From IMG/VR virus record IMGVR_UViG_3300020463_000001, positions 128,001 through 192,000 of that record: a stretch of 64,000 nucleotides of DNA. The stretch is one strand, 5' to 3'. The notes under the pieces were generated by a model, which saw nothing but the letters and a program-made list of their open reading frames with translations, had not been told where the DNA came from and did no database searches. Positions 1 through 8,356 of the stretch are shown piece after piece; positions within the stretch are counted from its first letter, which is position 1; each line of letters starts with the position of its first letter. The stretch is from a virus. Its lineage: Duplodnaviria > Caudoviricetes. The position numbers and the translations under genes were made by a program.

Positions 1-22
1 GATTATTAAAAAACACTTTTTT

Positions 23-30
23 TATAAATA
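23..30 (+). promoter_or_regulatory. T4-type late promoter
   Basis: Exact TATAAATA upstream of gp18. Confidence 0.85.
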
Positions 31-92
31 TTAATCAAAGAAGAATACACTTAAACTAATGAGTTTATGATAAATTTTAAGGAGATGATAAA

Positions 93-2147
93 ATGCCATT
101 TCAAGTAAGTCCCGGCGTTAATGTATCAGAAGTAGACCTAACTACTACCACCCCAGCAGCTGCGGTATCCGTAGGTGCTTTGGTGGGTCAATTCGCAAAA
201 GGCCCAGTAGGTGAAATAGTTACGGTTTCTAGTGAAACTGAATTGGCGCAAGTTTTTGGTAAACCAACAGACCAAAACTACAGATCTTTTTACACCGCCG
301 CGAATTTCTTGGCATACGCTGGAAACTTGCAAGTTTCTAGAGTTGTTGGAAGCGGAACTTTAAACGCGGTCGCAGGAGTCCCTACTACATCGACTCCTAC
401 TCTTGCAACAGAAACAGGAACTGCCGTCGTTGCAATAAGTGGAGAAACATTCACTGGTAACGGTGCAGATACAACATTTACTCTTTCTAGAGTTACTTAC
501 GACGAAACTCTGACAGTGACTGTGGACGGAACTGCTACTACAGATTTCACAGTAGACGGAACTACACTGACATTTGACTCTGCTCCTACTGGAACTATTC
601 TTGTAGATGTTCCTGCGAGAAGCATATTTGAAGTTTCTCAAACAGTTGGGGCAAATGACACAGTAGAAGTTGACGGATTTAGTATTGGTGTTGATTTTAC
701 TGTTAGTGGTCAATCAATTGACTTCTCAACCGCTCCGGTAAGTGATATCACAATTACAGTCAAAGGCCCAACAGTTACATCATTTGCATATACCCCAGTA
801 TTGGTTGGATCTTCTGACGATGTTTCATTTGGTTCCGGTCAAGCAGGCGGGGCCGAGTTTGTTGCAAGAACCCCTGGCCCTCACGGTAATTTTCTGAAGG
901 TTTATATGGTCGATGCAGGAACTTTCTCAAGTTTATCCTCGACTTTTCAAAATGAATTTTCTGGAGCTCCAAGTGCAGGCGAAGTTCACGTTCTTGTATG
1001 TTCTTATGAGTCTGGAACTGATAAGGTTGTCGAGAAGTTTTCATTCCTGTCAAAGGCGTCTGATGGAAAGCTCGAAGACGGAACAAATATCTACTATGTG
1101 GATTATGTCAATGAATATTCAGATTTTATTTTTGTAGTAAATCACACAACAGAAGGAACAAACTGGGGAACTCCCGCATTAGGTACAACCTTTGCAACTT
1201 TAAGTTCTATGGTTTATGTAGAATTTTCTGGTGGCACTGAAGGTTCTGTTCCAACAGCAGGCGAAGCAATATCAGGATATGGAGTTTTTGAAGACTCAGA
1301 AACTACAGATGTTGCGTTAGTAATGTCTGGAGAGTGGGGAGATATTACAGATGGTAATACGGTACAAACACATATCATCGACACAGTTGCGGCTGGTCGA
1401 AGAGATGCAGTCGCTCTGATATCTGCACGATATGTAGATTGTGCAGGATCATCTCCAGCCTCTGATGTTATTAGTTATTTCACTTCTACAATGACTAGTA
1501 ACAGCAATTATGCATTTGTAGATTCAAACTACAAGTATCAATACGACAAGTACAATGATAAGTATCGATGGATTCCGCTAAATGGAGACATCGCTGGTCT
1601 TATGGCAAGAACTGACAGCGAAAGAGATCCTTGGTTCTCTCCTGCTGGCTTCAACCGTGGGGTTATCAAGAATGTTGTTAAAACGGCTTGGACACAAACG
1701 AAGGCAAACAGAGACGATCTTTACAGAAAAGCCTTAAATCCCGTTGTTACATTCCCAGGCCAAGGTACAGTTCTTTATGGTGACAAGACGTTCACTACAA
1801 AACCAAGTGCCTTTGACAGAATAAATGTAAGAAGATTGTTTATTGTTCTAGAGAAAACTATTGCAACAGCATCTAAGTTTACATTATTCGAAATGAATGA
1901 TGAATTTACGAGATCACAATTTGTATCTCTGGTAGAACCTTTCTTGAGAGAAGTAAAGGGCCGAAGGGGAATTTTTGATTTTAAGGTGGTTTGTGACTCA
2001 ACAAATAATACTGCTCAGATAGTAGATAGTAATGAATTTGTGGGTGACATCTTTATCAAGCCTGCAAGATCTATCAACTTCATCCAGTTAAACTTTGTTG
2101 CTACAAGAACTGGAACAGATTTTGAAGAAATTGTTGGATCTGTATAA
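93..2147 (+). CDS. gp18: tail sheath protein
   Basis: N-term SPGVNVSEVDLT; C-term PWFSPAGFNRG, RINVRRLF, IKPARSINFIQLNF; first gene of the T4 18-23 block. Confidence 0.97.
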   Translation: MPFQVSPGVNVSEVDLTTTTPAAAVSVGALVGQFAKGPVGEIVTVSSETELAQVFGKPTDQNYRSFYTAANFLAYAGNLQVSRVVGSGTLNAVAGVPTTSTPTLATETGTAVVAISGETFTGNGADTTFTLSRVTYDETLTVTVDGTATTDFTVDGTTLTFDSAPTGTILVDVPARSIFEVSQTVGANDTVEVDGFSIGVDFTVSGQSIDFSTAPVSDITITVKGPTVTSFAYTPVLVGSSDDVSFGSGQAGGAEFVARTPGPHGNFLKVYMVDAGTFSSLSSTFQNEFSGAPSAGEVHVLVCSYESGTDKVVEKFSFLSKASDGKLEDGTNIYYVDYVNEYSDFIFVVNHTTEGTNWGTPALGTTFATLSSMVYVEFSGGTEGSVPTAGEAISGYGVFEDSETTDVALVMSGEWGDITDGNTVQTHIIDTVAAGRRDAVALISARYVDCAGSSPASDVISYFTSTMTSNSNYAFVDSNYKYQYDKYNDKYRWIPLNGDIAGLMARTDSERDPWFSPAGFNRGVIKNVVKTAWTQTKANRDDLYRKALNPVVTFPGQGTVLYGDKTFTTKPSAFDRINVRRLFIVLEKTIATASKFTLFEMNDEFTRSQFVSLVEPFLREVKGRRGIFDFKVVCDSTNNTAQIVDSNEFVGDIFIKPARSINFIQLNFVATRTGTDFEEIVGSV

Positions 2148-2154
2148 TAATCGT

Positions 2155-2162
2155 TATAAATA
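2155..2162 (+). promoter_or_regulatory. T4-type late promoter
   Basis: TATAAATA before gp19; AGGAG RBS follows. Confidence 0.85.
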
Positions 2163-2186
2163 TAGTTAAAATTTTAGGAGAAAACA

Positions 2187-2738
2187 ATGGCGTTTGATAT
2201 CGCATCATTCAAATCAAGATTGAGAAACGGTGGAGCAAGACCTAATCTATTTGAAGTAGAAGTAGGAAATCCAATTGACGGTTCTGCAGATGACGTATTT
2301 CGTTTTCATTGCAGAGCGGCCCAGTTACCAGCATCCACAATACCCGCAATTGATGTTCCTTATTTTGGAAGACAGGTGAGGATTGCCGGAAACAGAACAT
2401 TTGAGCCTTGGACGGTTACAATTCTTAATGATGAAGATTTCTCAGTAAGAACTGCACTTGAAAACTGGATGGGTGGAATTAATGATCATGCATCAAATTT
2501 ACAGTTTAACAGTCAAACATCTTATAAGAATAGAGATTCTAAAGTCGTTCATTATGGTAAAGACGGTTCAGTTATTGCAACATACAAGTTTGTTGGTATT
2601 TTCCCAACAGAACTTGGTGCGGTAGAGCTCGCGTGGGATTCTAATGATCAGATTGAAGAATTTACTTGCACATTTGCATATGACTATTGGTTGCATGAAG
2701 AAGCAGCCGGAGGCCTGAGGGTTACCGTAAGTCTATAA
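2187..2738 (+). CDS. gp19: tail tube protein
   Basis: GGARPNLFEV, GRQVRIAGNRTFEPWTVT, IEEFTCTFAYDYW; synteny. Confidence 0.96.
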   Translation: MAFDIASFKSRLRNGGARPNLFEVEVGNPIDGSADDVFRFHCRAAQLPASTIPAIDVPYFGRQVRIAGNRTFEPWTVTILNDEDFSVRTALENWMGGINDHASNLQFNSQTSYKNRDSKVVHYGKDGSVIATYKFVGIFPTELGAVELAWDSNDQIEEFTCTFAYDYWLHEEAAGGLRVTVSL

Positions 2739-2769
2739 TACTCCCGAATTTACACAACTATTTTTTCAT

Positions 2770-2777
2770 TATAAATA
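2770..2777 (+). promoter_or_regulatory. T4-type late promoter embedded in a 17-bp inverted repeat (2747-2789)
   Basis: TATAAATA upstream of gp20. Confidence 0.8.
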
Positions 2778-2803
2778 GTTGTGTAGATTTAAGGTGATGT
2801 TAA

Positions 2804-4372
2804 ATGGCGATTAAACTTTTTGGATTCAATATATCTAGGAGTTCGGAGGAGAATAAACAAGTTCGTTCCTTTGTTCCTAGAGAAGATCAAACCGATGACG
2901 GCGCATTAACAGTTCAGAGTGGGTTCTCCGGAACCTACTTGGAATTGGAAAACAATGCTAAGTCAGATTCAGAACTTATAAACAAATATCGTGAAATGGT
3001 GATGCATCCAGAAGTGGAGATTGCCGTTGACGATATCACATCAGAAGCGATAGTTCATGACACTATCGAATACCCTGTCAAAATTCACACAAAGAATATT
3101 AAGAGTGCTTCTCTGAGAAAAACTATTGAAGAGGAATTTAATAATATTCTAAAACTTCTCAAGTTTAAAGAAAGAGGATATGACATTTTCCGCAACTGGT
3201 ACGTTGACGGAAGACTATTCTATCATATCATCATTAACGAGTCCAAACCAAAAGATGGAATTAGAGAACTTCGAAGTATCGATCCTCGCAAAATCAAAAA
3301 AGTAAAACAAGTTAAGAAAGACAAAGTTTCTCCGCAAGATCCGGTGAATACTGCAGGGATAGTTTCTAAACAAGAAGAGTATTATGTCTACAATCAAAAG
3401 GGAATTGTAAATGCGGAAGGTGTTTCTGGACTTCCAATTACTGTCGATTCTATTTGTCATATCACATCAGGACTTAAAGATGGCCGCAGAAACTATGTTG
3501 TAAGTCATCTCCATAAAGCAATCAAACCCCTCAATCAGTTGAAATTGGTAGAAGACTCCGTTGTCATTTACAGATGGACAAGAGCACCAGAAAGAAGAGT
3601 ATTCTATATCGATGTTGGTAACTTACCAAAACAGAAAGCAGAACAATATCTTTCTGAAATAATGACCAAACACAAGAACAAGATTGTCTATGATGGAACT
3701 ACTGGTGAAGTCAGGGACGATAGAAAACATCTATCAATGTTAGAAGATTACTGGTTCCCTCGTAGAGAAGGTGGGCGAGGAACAGAGATTGAAACATTGC
3801 CCGGCGGTACAAACCTAGGCGAGATGGATGATGTCAATTACTTCCTCAAGAAATTATACAAGTCTCTTAATGTTCCTATCTCAAGATTAGAACCAGAGAA
3901 TACTATGCAGTTGGGAAGGGCTCAGGAGATATCTAGAGACGAATACAAATTCAACAGATTTATCATACGACTGCGAGATAAATTTTCAGATCTATTTACC
4001 GATCTATTGAAAAAACAATTAGTTCTCAAAGGTTATATCAGTCTTGATGAATGGAAAGAGATGAGTCAAGATATTATATTTGACTTTACTCAAGACTCAT
4101 ATTATACAGAAATTAAGAATGCAGAAATGCTGCGAGATAGGATTGCCTTGGTTGCTGAAATGCAAGACTACATTGGTAAGTACTATTCTAATGAATGGGT
4201 GAGAAAAAATATTCTTAAGATGACTACATCCGAAATTAAACAGATGGATACTCAGATTAAGAAAGAATTGGAAAGTGAAGAACCTCAAGACCAACCGCCG
4301 TCAGGAGAAGACGGTGAAGGTGGAGAAGAGGGTGGAAACGATCAACAAGATAATGAACAAAATTTCATATAG
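2804..4372 (+). CDS. gp20: portal vertex protein
   Basis: RAPERRVFYIDVGNLPKQKAEQY and MLEDYWFPRREGGRGTEIETLPGG are T4 portal motifs. Confidence 0.98.
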   Translation: MAIKLFGFNISRSSEENKQVRSFVPREDQTDDGALTVQSGFSGTYLELENNAKSDSELINKYREMVMHPEVEIAVDDITSEAIVHDTIEYPVKIHTKNIKSASLRKTIEEEFNNILKLLKFKERGYDIFRNWYVDGRLFYHIIINESKPKDGIRELRSIDPRKIKKVKQVKKDKVSPQDPVNTAGIVSKQEEYYVYNQKGIVNAEGVSGLPITVDSICHITSGLKDGRRNYVVSHLHKAIKPLNQLKLVEDSVVIYRWTRAPERRVFYIDVGNLPKQKAEQYLSEIMTKHKNKIVYDGTTGEVRDDRKHLSMLEDYWFPRREGGRGTEIETLPGGTNLGEMDDVNYFLKKLYKSLNVPISRLEPENTMQLGRAQEISRDEYKFNRFIIRLRDKFSDLFTDLLKKQLVLKGYISLDEWKEMSQDIIFDFTQDSYYTEIKNAEMLRDRIALVAEMQDYIGKYYSNEWVRKNILKMTTSEIKQMDTQIKKELESEEPQDQPPSGEDGEGGEEGGNDQQDNEQNFI

Positions 4373-4383
4373 GAGTGTAAAAA

Positions 4384-4641
4384 ATGACTGACAATGAAGA
4401 AAATATAAATAATGAAGTAGATGCGACAACAAGTATTGTCGATGACATTGTTAATGGTGAATTATCAGATGCTCAGAATACAATCAAAGGTATACTGAGT
4501 CAAAATATGGCCGGCGAAATCGAAGGTCATAAACAAGAATTTGCGGGCACTCTTTTTCAAGATGAACCAGAAGTTGAGGTAGAAGATACCGAAGAAACAT
4601 CTGCAGAAGTCGAGACAGAGGTTGCAGAAACCGAAGAATAG
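4384..4641 (+). CDS. gp67: acidic prohead core protein (gp67-like)
   Basis: Small, very acidic, immediately after the portal gene; mainly positional. Confidence 0.65.
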   Translation: MTDNEENINNEVDATTSIVDDIVNGELSDAQNTIKGILSQNMAGEIEGHKQEFAGTLFQDEPEVEVEDTEETSAEVETEVAETEE

Positions 4642-4649
4642 GAATTACT

Positions 4650-4919
4650 ATGAAGACTTTTTCTCAATTTTTAGAAGATGATTTAGACGAAGCGGTAAAA
4701 CGTAAAGTTGTTATCCGTGGCGGAAAACGCAAGATTAAGTTTAAGTCTGACAGGGCCGGATACAAAGTTGACGGCAATAAAAGAGAAGTCAAAATTTCTG
4801 CATCAGATAAAGTCAAAATGAGTTTGAGAAATAAAAAGTCTGCTCGAAAGAGAAAGGGCAAAGTTGCTATTTCTAATACTCGCAGAGCAAGGTCAATGGC
4901 CAAACGTACAGGAACATAG
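4650..4919 (+). CDS. gp68: basic prohead core protein (gp68-like)
   Basis: Lys/Arg-rich, MKTFSQFLE..LDE N-terminus, precedes gp21. Confidence 0.75.
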   Translation: MKTFSQFLEDDLDEAVKRKVVIRGGKRKIKFKSDRAGYKVDGNKREVKISASDKVKMSLRNKKSARKRKGKVAISNTRRARSMAKRTGT

Positions 4920-4921
4920 AC

Positions 4922-5569
4922 ATGAAACTAATCACAGAAATTTGCGAAGATCTAATTGTTGAAGAAAAAGGAAAAGACCTTTATATCGAAGGTGTTTTTC
5001 TCCAGTCAAATGTAGAAAACAGAAATGGCAGAGTGTATCCAAAAGAAGTTCTTGAGAAAGAAGTCAAAAGATATACAGAAAATTACATCAATAAAAACAG
5101 GGCATTCGGTGAATTAGGTCATCCGGATGGGCCCTCTATTAACCTAGAAAGAGTTTCCCACATGATTAAATCTCTCAAACTTGAGGGCGATAATTATGTC
5201 GGTAAAGCAAAGATTATGAAAGAAACTCCTTATGGTGCAATAGTATCAAATCTTATCAAAGAAGGTGCGTCTCTTGGTGTTTCTTCTAGAGGTATGGGAA
5301 GTGTGAAGTCTACGAAAGAAGGAAACAATGTAGTGCAAGGTGATTTTTATCTTGCGACTGCGGCCGATATCGTGGCGGATCCATCTGCTCCTGATGCATT
5401 CGTAAATGGAATCATGGAAGGAAAGGAATGGATTTGGGATAATGGTATTATCCGCGAAGCACAAATTGACAGTTATCGAAATGCAGTTAGGTCTGCAAAG
5501 TCTAAAGAGATGGAAACTACTAAGATAGGACTCTTTGAAGATTTCTTCGAAAAATTGTCTAAAAACTAA
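4922..5569 (+). CDS. gp21: prohead core protease
   Basis: NRNGRVYP, GELGHPDGP, GVSSRGMGS, DIVADPSAPDA. Confidence 0.97.
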   Translation: MKLITEICEDLIVEEKGKDLYIEGVFLQSNVENRNGRVYPKEVLEKEVKRYTENYINKNRAFGELGHPDGPSINLERVSHMIKSLKLEGDNYVGKAKIMKETPYGAIVSNLIKEGASLGVSSRGMGSVKSTKEGNNVVQGDFYLATAADIVADPSAPDAFVNGIMEGKEWIWDNGIIREAQIDSYRNAVRSAKSKEMETTKIGLFEDFFEKLSKN

Positions 5570-5574
5570 ATTAT

Positions 5575-5582
5575 TATAAATA
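5575..5582 (+). promoter_or_regulatory. T4-type late promoter
   Basis: TATAAATA before gp22. Confidence 0.85.
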
Positions 5583-5617
5583 TTTGGTAAAATCAACTCA
5601 ATTAGGAGAATAATACG

Positions 5618-6682
5618 ATGGCTAATGAACTAGAAGTCAATGAAGTTGAAGAACTAGAGAATTCAGTAGAGTCTGAAGAAATTTCTGAAGAGTCTCAAGA
5701 CGAACTAGTTCAAGAAGTTTCTGAAGAACAAGCTGACGAAGCGGTAGAAGAAATTCTTGCCGAGTTAGACGAAGAAGAAACTTCTGAAGAAAGTGAAGAA
5801 GAAGAGTCTTTGGCAGAAGGCGGTTACGGCAAGAAAAAAATGAAAGAAGCCGACGATGAAGAAGACGAAGAAGAACCTAAGAATTCTTTTATGATGAAGA
5901 AGAAGGTCAAGAAAGAAGATATTGATGTATCAGAGCACATTGATGCAATGTTGTCTGGTCATGAATTATCAGAAGATTTCCAAGAAAAGGCTCGCACAAT
6001 TTTCGAAGCTGCAGTTCTAGAACAAGTAAACAAAGAAGTTGAAAAGATAGATCAACAGTATGAAGAAGATTTTGAGAAGTCAGTTCTTGAAGTCAGATCA
6101 CAAATTGCAGAAAAGGTAGATGAGTATCTATCTTATGTTGCTAAAGAGTGGTTGGAAGAGAATAAGGTTGTTGTTGAAAGCAGCCTTAAACTTGAAATCA
6201 TGGAAAATTTCATTTCTGGTATGAAGACAGTTTTCGAAGAAAATTATATCGAAGTCCCAGAAGAGAAAGCAGATTTGTATGCAGAAGCAGTTGCTGAAGC
6301 AGAACAAGTCAAAGAACAACTCAATGAAGCAATCGAAAAGAATGTTAAACTTTCTAAAGAAGTTGAAACTGTTCAGAAAGATGGAATCATTAGGGATGTC
6401 GTGGAAGGTATGACTATACAACAGGCTGATAAGATTCGTTCTTTGTCTGAAGGTGTAGAATTTACTTCTGCTGAAGATTTTGCTGAAAAGGTTAAAGTCA
6501 TTAAGGAAAATTATTTTCCAAGTGAAGAAACTGTTTCTAGTGAAGTTGTAGATGGCGAAGAAGAAGTTACTGCGGTTGAAGATTCTGAGGTTGTTCTTGA
6601 AGAACAGGCTTCTAAGAAAACTTCTGATCCTGTAATGGAGAACTACGCAAGAGCAATCTCAAGGTTCAGTAGAAAACAGTAA
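5618..6682 (+). CDS. gp22: prohead core scaffolding protein
   Basis: Acidic coiled coil, KVDEYLSYVAKEW, KVIKENYF; lies between gp21 and gp23. Confidence 0.93.
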   Translation: MANELEVNEVEELENSVESEEISEESQDELVQEVSEEQADEAVEEILAELDEEETSEESEEEESLAEGGYGKKKMKEADDEEDEEEPKNSFMMKKKVKKEDIDVSEHIDAMLSGHELSEDFQEKARTIFEAAVLEQVNKEVEKIDQQYEEDFEKSVLEVRSQIAEKVDEYLSYVAKEWLEENKVVVESSLKLEIMENFISGMKTVFEENYIEVPEEKADLYAEAVAEAEQVKEQLNEAIEKNVKLSKEVETVQKDGIIRDVVEGMTIQQADKIRSLSEGVEFTSAEDFAEKVKVIKENYFPSEETVSSEVVDGEEEVTAVEDSEVVLEEQASKKTSDPVMENYARAISRFSRKQ

Positions 6683-6694
6683 AAATCAAAATAT

Positions 6695-6702
6695 TATAAA
6701 TA
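6695..6702 (+). promoter_or_regulatory. T4-type late promoter
   Basis: TATAAATA before gp23. Confidence 0.85.
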
Positions 6703-6764
6703 ATAACTGAAAATTAAGAAAAACTTGACAAAAACTTAATTGAATTAATCCAAAGGAGACTACG

Positions 6765-8126
6765 ATGTATACAGAAATGCATTTGTCAGAGCAACTTCAA
6801 GAGAAGTGGAAGCCGGTAATCGAGCATCCCGATCTACCTAAGATCGAAGATTCTTACAAGAGAGCGGTAACTGCTATGCTTCTTGAAAACCAAGAAAAAG
6901 TTGCAAGAGAAGAAGCATCAATGTTGACTGAAGGGCCGATAAATGCAGTTGGTGGCGGTATGTCTCCAGTTGTCGGTGGTGAAGGCAACATTAAAGGTAT
7001 GGATCCAGTACTGATCTCATTGATCAGACGTTCTATGCCCAACCTGATGGCGTATGATGTTCTAGGTGTTCAACCTATGAGCGGCCCAACAGGTCTTATC
7101 TTCGCGATGAAATCACAATACGGCGATCAGGCCGGCGAAGCACTTTACGGCGAAGCAGATACTGCTTTCTCTGGTGCCTCAAGTCCTGTTCACAACGGAA
7201 CTGATCCATTCAGTGGTGTCGCAGTAACTGGTTCTGGCGCTTCTGCCGAACTTGATTACTCTGGTAGCGATTACACATCTGGAGGGCCCGCCGCTACTGC
7301 TAAGGCAGAAGCATTGGGAGACGGTACTGTAACTGGAATGGGTACAGGCGGTCACTTCAATCAGATGTCATTCTCAATCGATAGAGTATCTGTGACAGCG
7401 CAATCAAGAGCACTGAAAGCAGAATACACTATGGAATTGGCACAAGATCTGAAGGCAGTTCACGGTCTAGACGCTGAAAGCGAATTATCAAACATTCTTT
7501 CTTCAGAAATCACTGCTGAAATCAACAGAGAAGTTCTGAGAACAGTATACGCAGTTGCAAAGCCTGGCGCACAAGCTGGTGTAACTACGAAGGGTGTTTT
7601 TGATCTAGATGCTGACGCAGATGGTCGTTGGTCAGTAGAGAAGTACAAAGGTCTTCTTTACCAGATCGAAAGAGAAGCAAACGCAATCGCTAAAGAAACT
7701 CGTAGAGGAAAAGGTAACTTGGTTATCTGTTCTTCAGACGTTGCTTCGGCTCTCGCCATGTCAGGTGTACTAGATTACAACCCTGCGCTACAAACTAATC
7801 TTTCAGTTGATGACACAGGTCAAACTTTTGCCGGTGTTCTTAACGGAAGAATGAGAGTTTATATTGATCCTTACTTTACATCAACCTCTGGTTATGAGTT
7901 GTTGGTTGTAGGTTATAAGGGATCTTCACCTTATGATGCTGGTATTTTCTACTGCCCATACGTCCCATTACAAATGGTTCGCGCAGTGGGTGAAAATACT
8001 TTCCAACCTAAGATTGGATTCAAGACCCGATACGGAATTGTTGCAAACCCATTTGCATCAATGAGTTCTGGTTCAAACCAATACTACAGAAAGGTTGCCA
8101 TCTCAGGATTGACAGCAATCGGTTAA
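6765..8126 (+). CDS. gp23: major capsid protein
   Basis: GVQPMSGPTGLIFAM, SRALKAEYTMELAQDLKAVHGLDAE, YCPYVPLQM, FQPKIGFKTRYG. Confidence 0.99.
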   Translation: MYTEMHLSEQLQEKWKPVIEHPDLPKIEDSYKRAVTAMLLENQEKVAREEASMLTEGPINAVGGGMSPVVGGEGNIKGMDPVLISLIRRSMPNLMAYDVLGVQPMSGPTGLIFAMKSQYGDQAGEALYGEADTAFSGASSPVHNGTDPFSGVAVTGSGASAELDYSGSDYTSGGPAATAKAEALGDGTVTGMGTGGHFNQMSFSIDRVSVTAQSRALKAEYTMELAQDLKAVHGLDAESELSNILSSEITAEINREVLRTVYAVAKPGAQAGVTTKGVFDLDADADGRWSVEKYKGLLYQIEREANAIAKETRRGKGNLVICSSDVASALAMSGVLDYNPALQTNLSVDDTGQTFAGVLNGRMRVYIDPYFTSTSGYELLVVGYKGSSPYDAGIFYCPYVPLQMVRAVGENTFQPKIGFKTRYGIVANPFASMSSGSNQYYRKVAISGLTAIG

Positions 8127-8155
8127 TCGATTACTTAAAATCTAAAAAGAAAAAA

Positions 8156-8178
8156 GGGACTTTCGAGTCCCTTTTTTT
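8156..8178 (+). terminator. rho-independent terminator
   Basis: GGGACT-TTCG-AGTCCC stem-loop followed by T7, with an upstream A-tract. Confidence 0.9.
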
Positions 8179-8187
8179 GTGGTTGAT

Positions 8188-8195
8188 TATAAATA
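8188..8195 (+). promoter_or_regulatory. T4-type late promoter (drives putative sRNA)
   Basis: TATAAATA just after the gp23 terminator. Confidence 0.75.
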
Positions 8196-8293
8196 GTTTG
8201 GTCGTTTAACGACTTCCATTCTTACTTAAATTATTAAAGAGCAATTCTTTATAAAAAAGGTGGTAGAAGGGGGCAATGCCCCCTTCTTTTTTG
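8196..8293 (+). ncRNA. putative late small non-coding RNA
   Basis: Bounded by a late promoter and a terminator; no ORF; hairpins GTCGT-TTA-ACGAC and TAAAGA-GCAAT-TCTTTA. Confidence 0.5.
8265..8292 (+). terminator. rho-independent terminator
   Basis: AGAAGGGGGC-AAT-GCCCCCTTCT 10-bp stem followed by a T-run. Confidence 0.85.
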
Positions 8294-8313
8294 GGAAAGT
8301 CAAATACTTTTTT

Positions 8314-8321
8314 TATAAATA
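8314..8321 (+). promoter_or_regulatory. T4-type late promoter
   Basis: TATAAATA upstream of ATG 8357. Confidence 0.8.
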
Positions 8322-8356
8322 TAAGAAAATCATTTTACACTGGAGAGAGAGAATCC

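Noticed and set aside
6725-6753. TTGACA upstream of gp23 as a sigma70 promoter
   Set aside because: No plausible -10 at 16-18 bp spacing; the late promoter at 6695 explains expression.
8276-8356. Track start of the 785-aa ORF
   Set aside because: The ATG lies within the terminator hairpin and upstream of the late promoter at 8314; ATG 8357 has the RBS and aligns with the paralogs.
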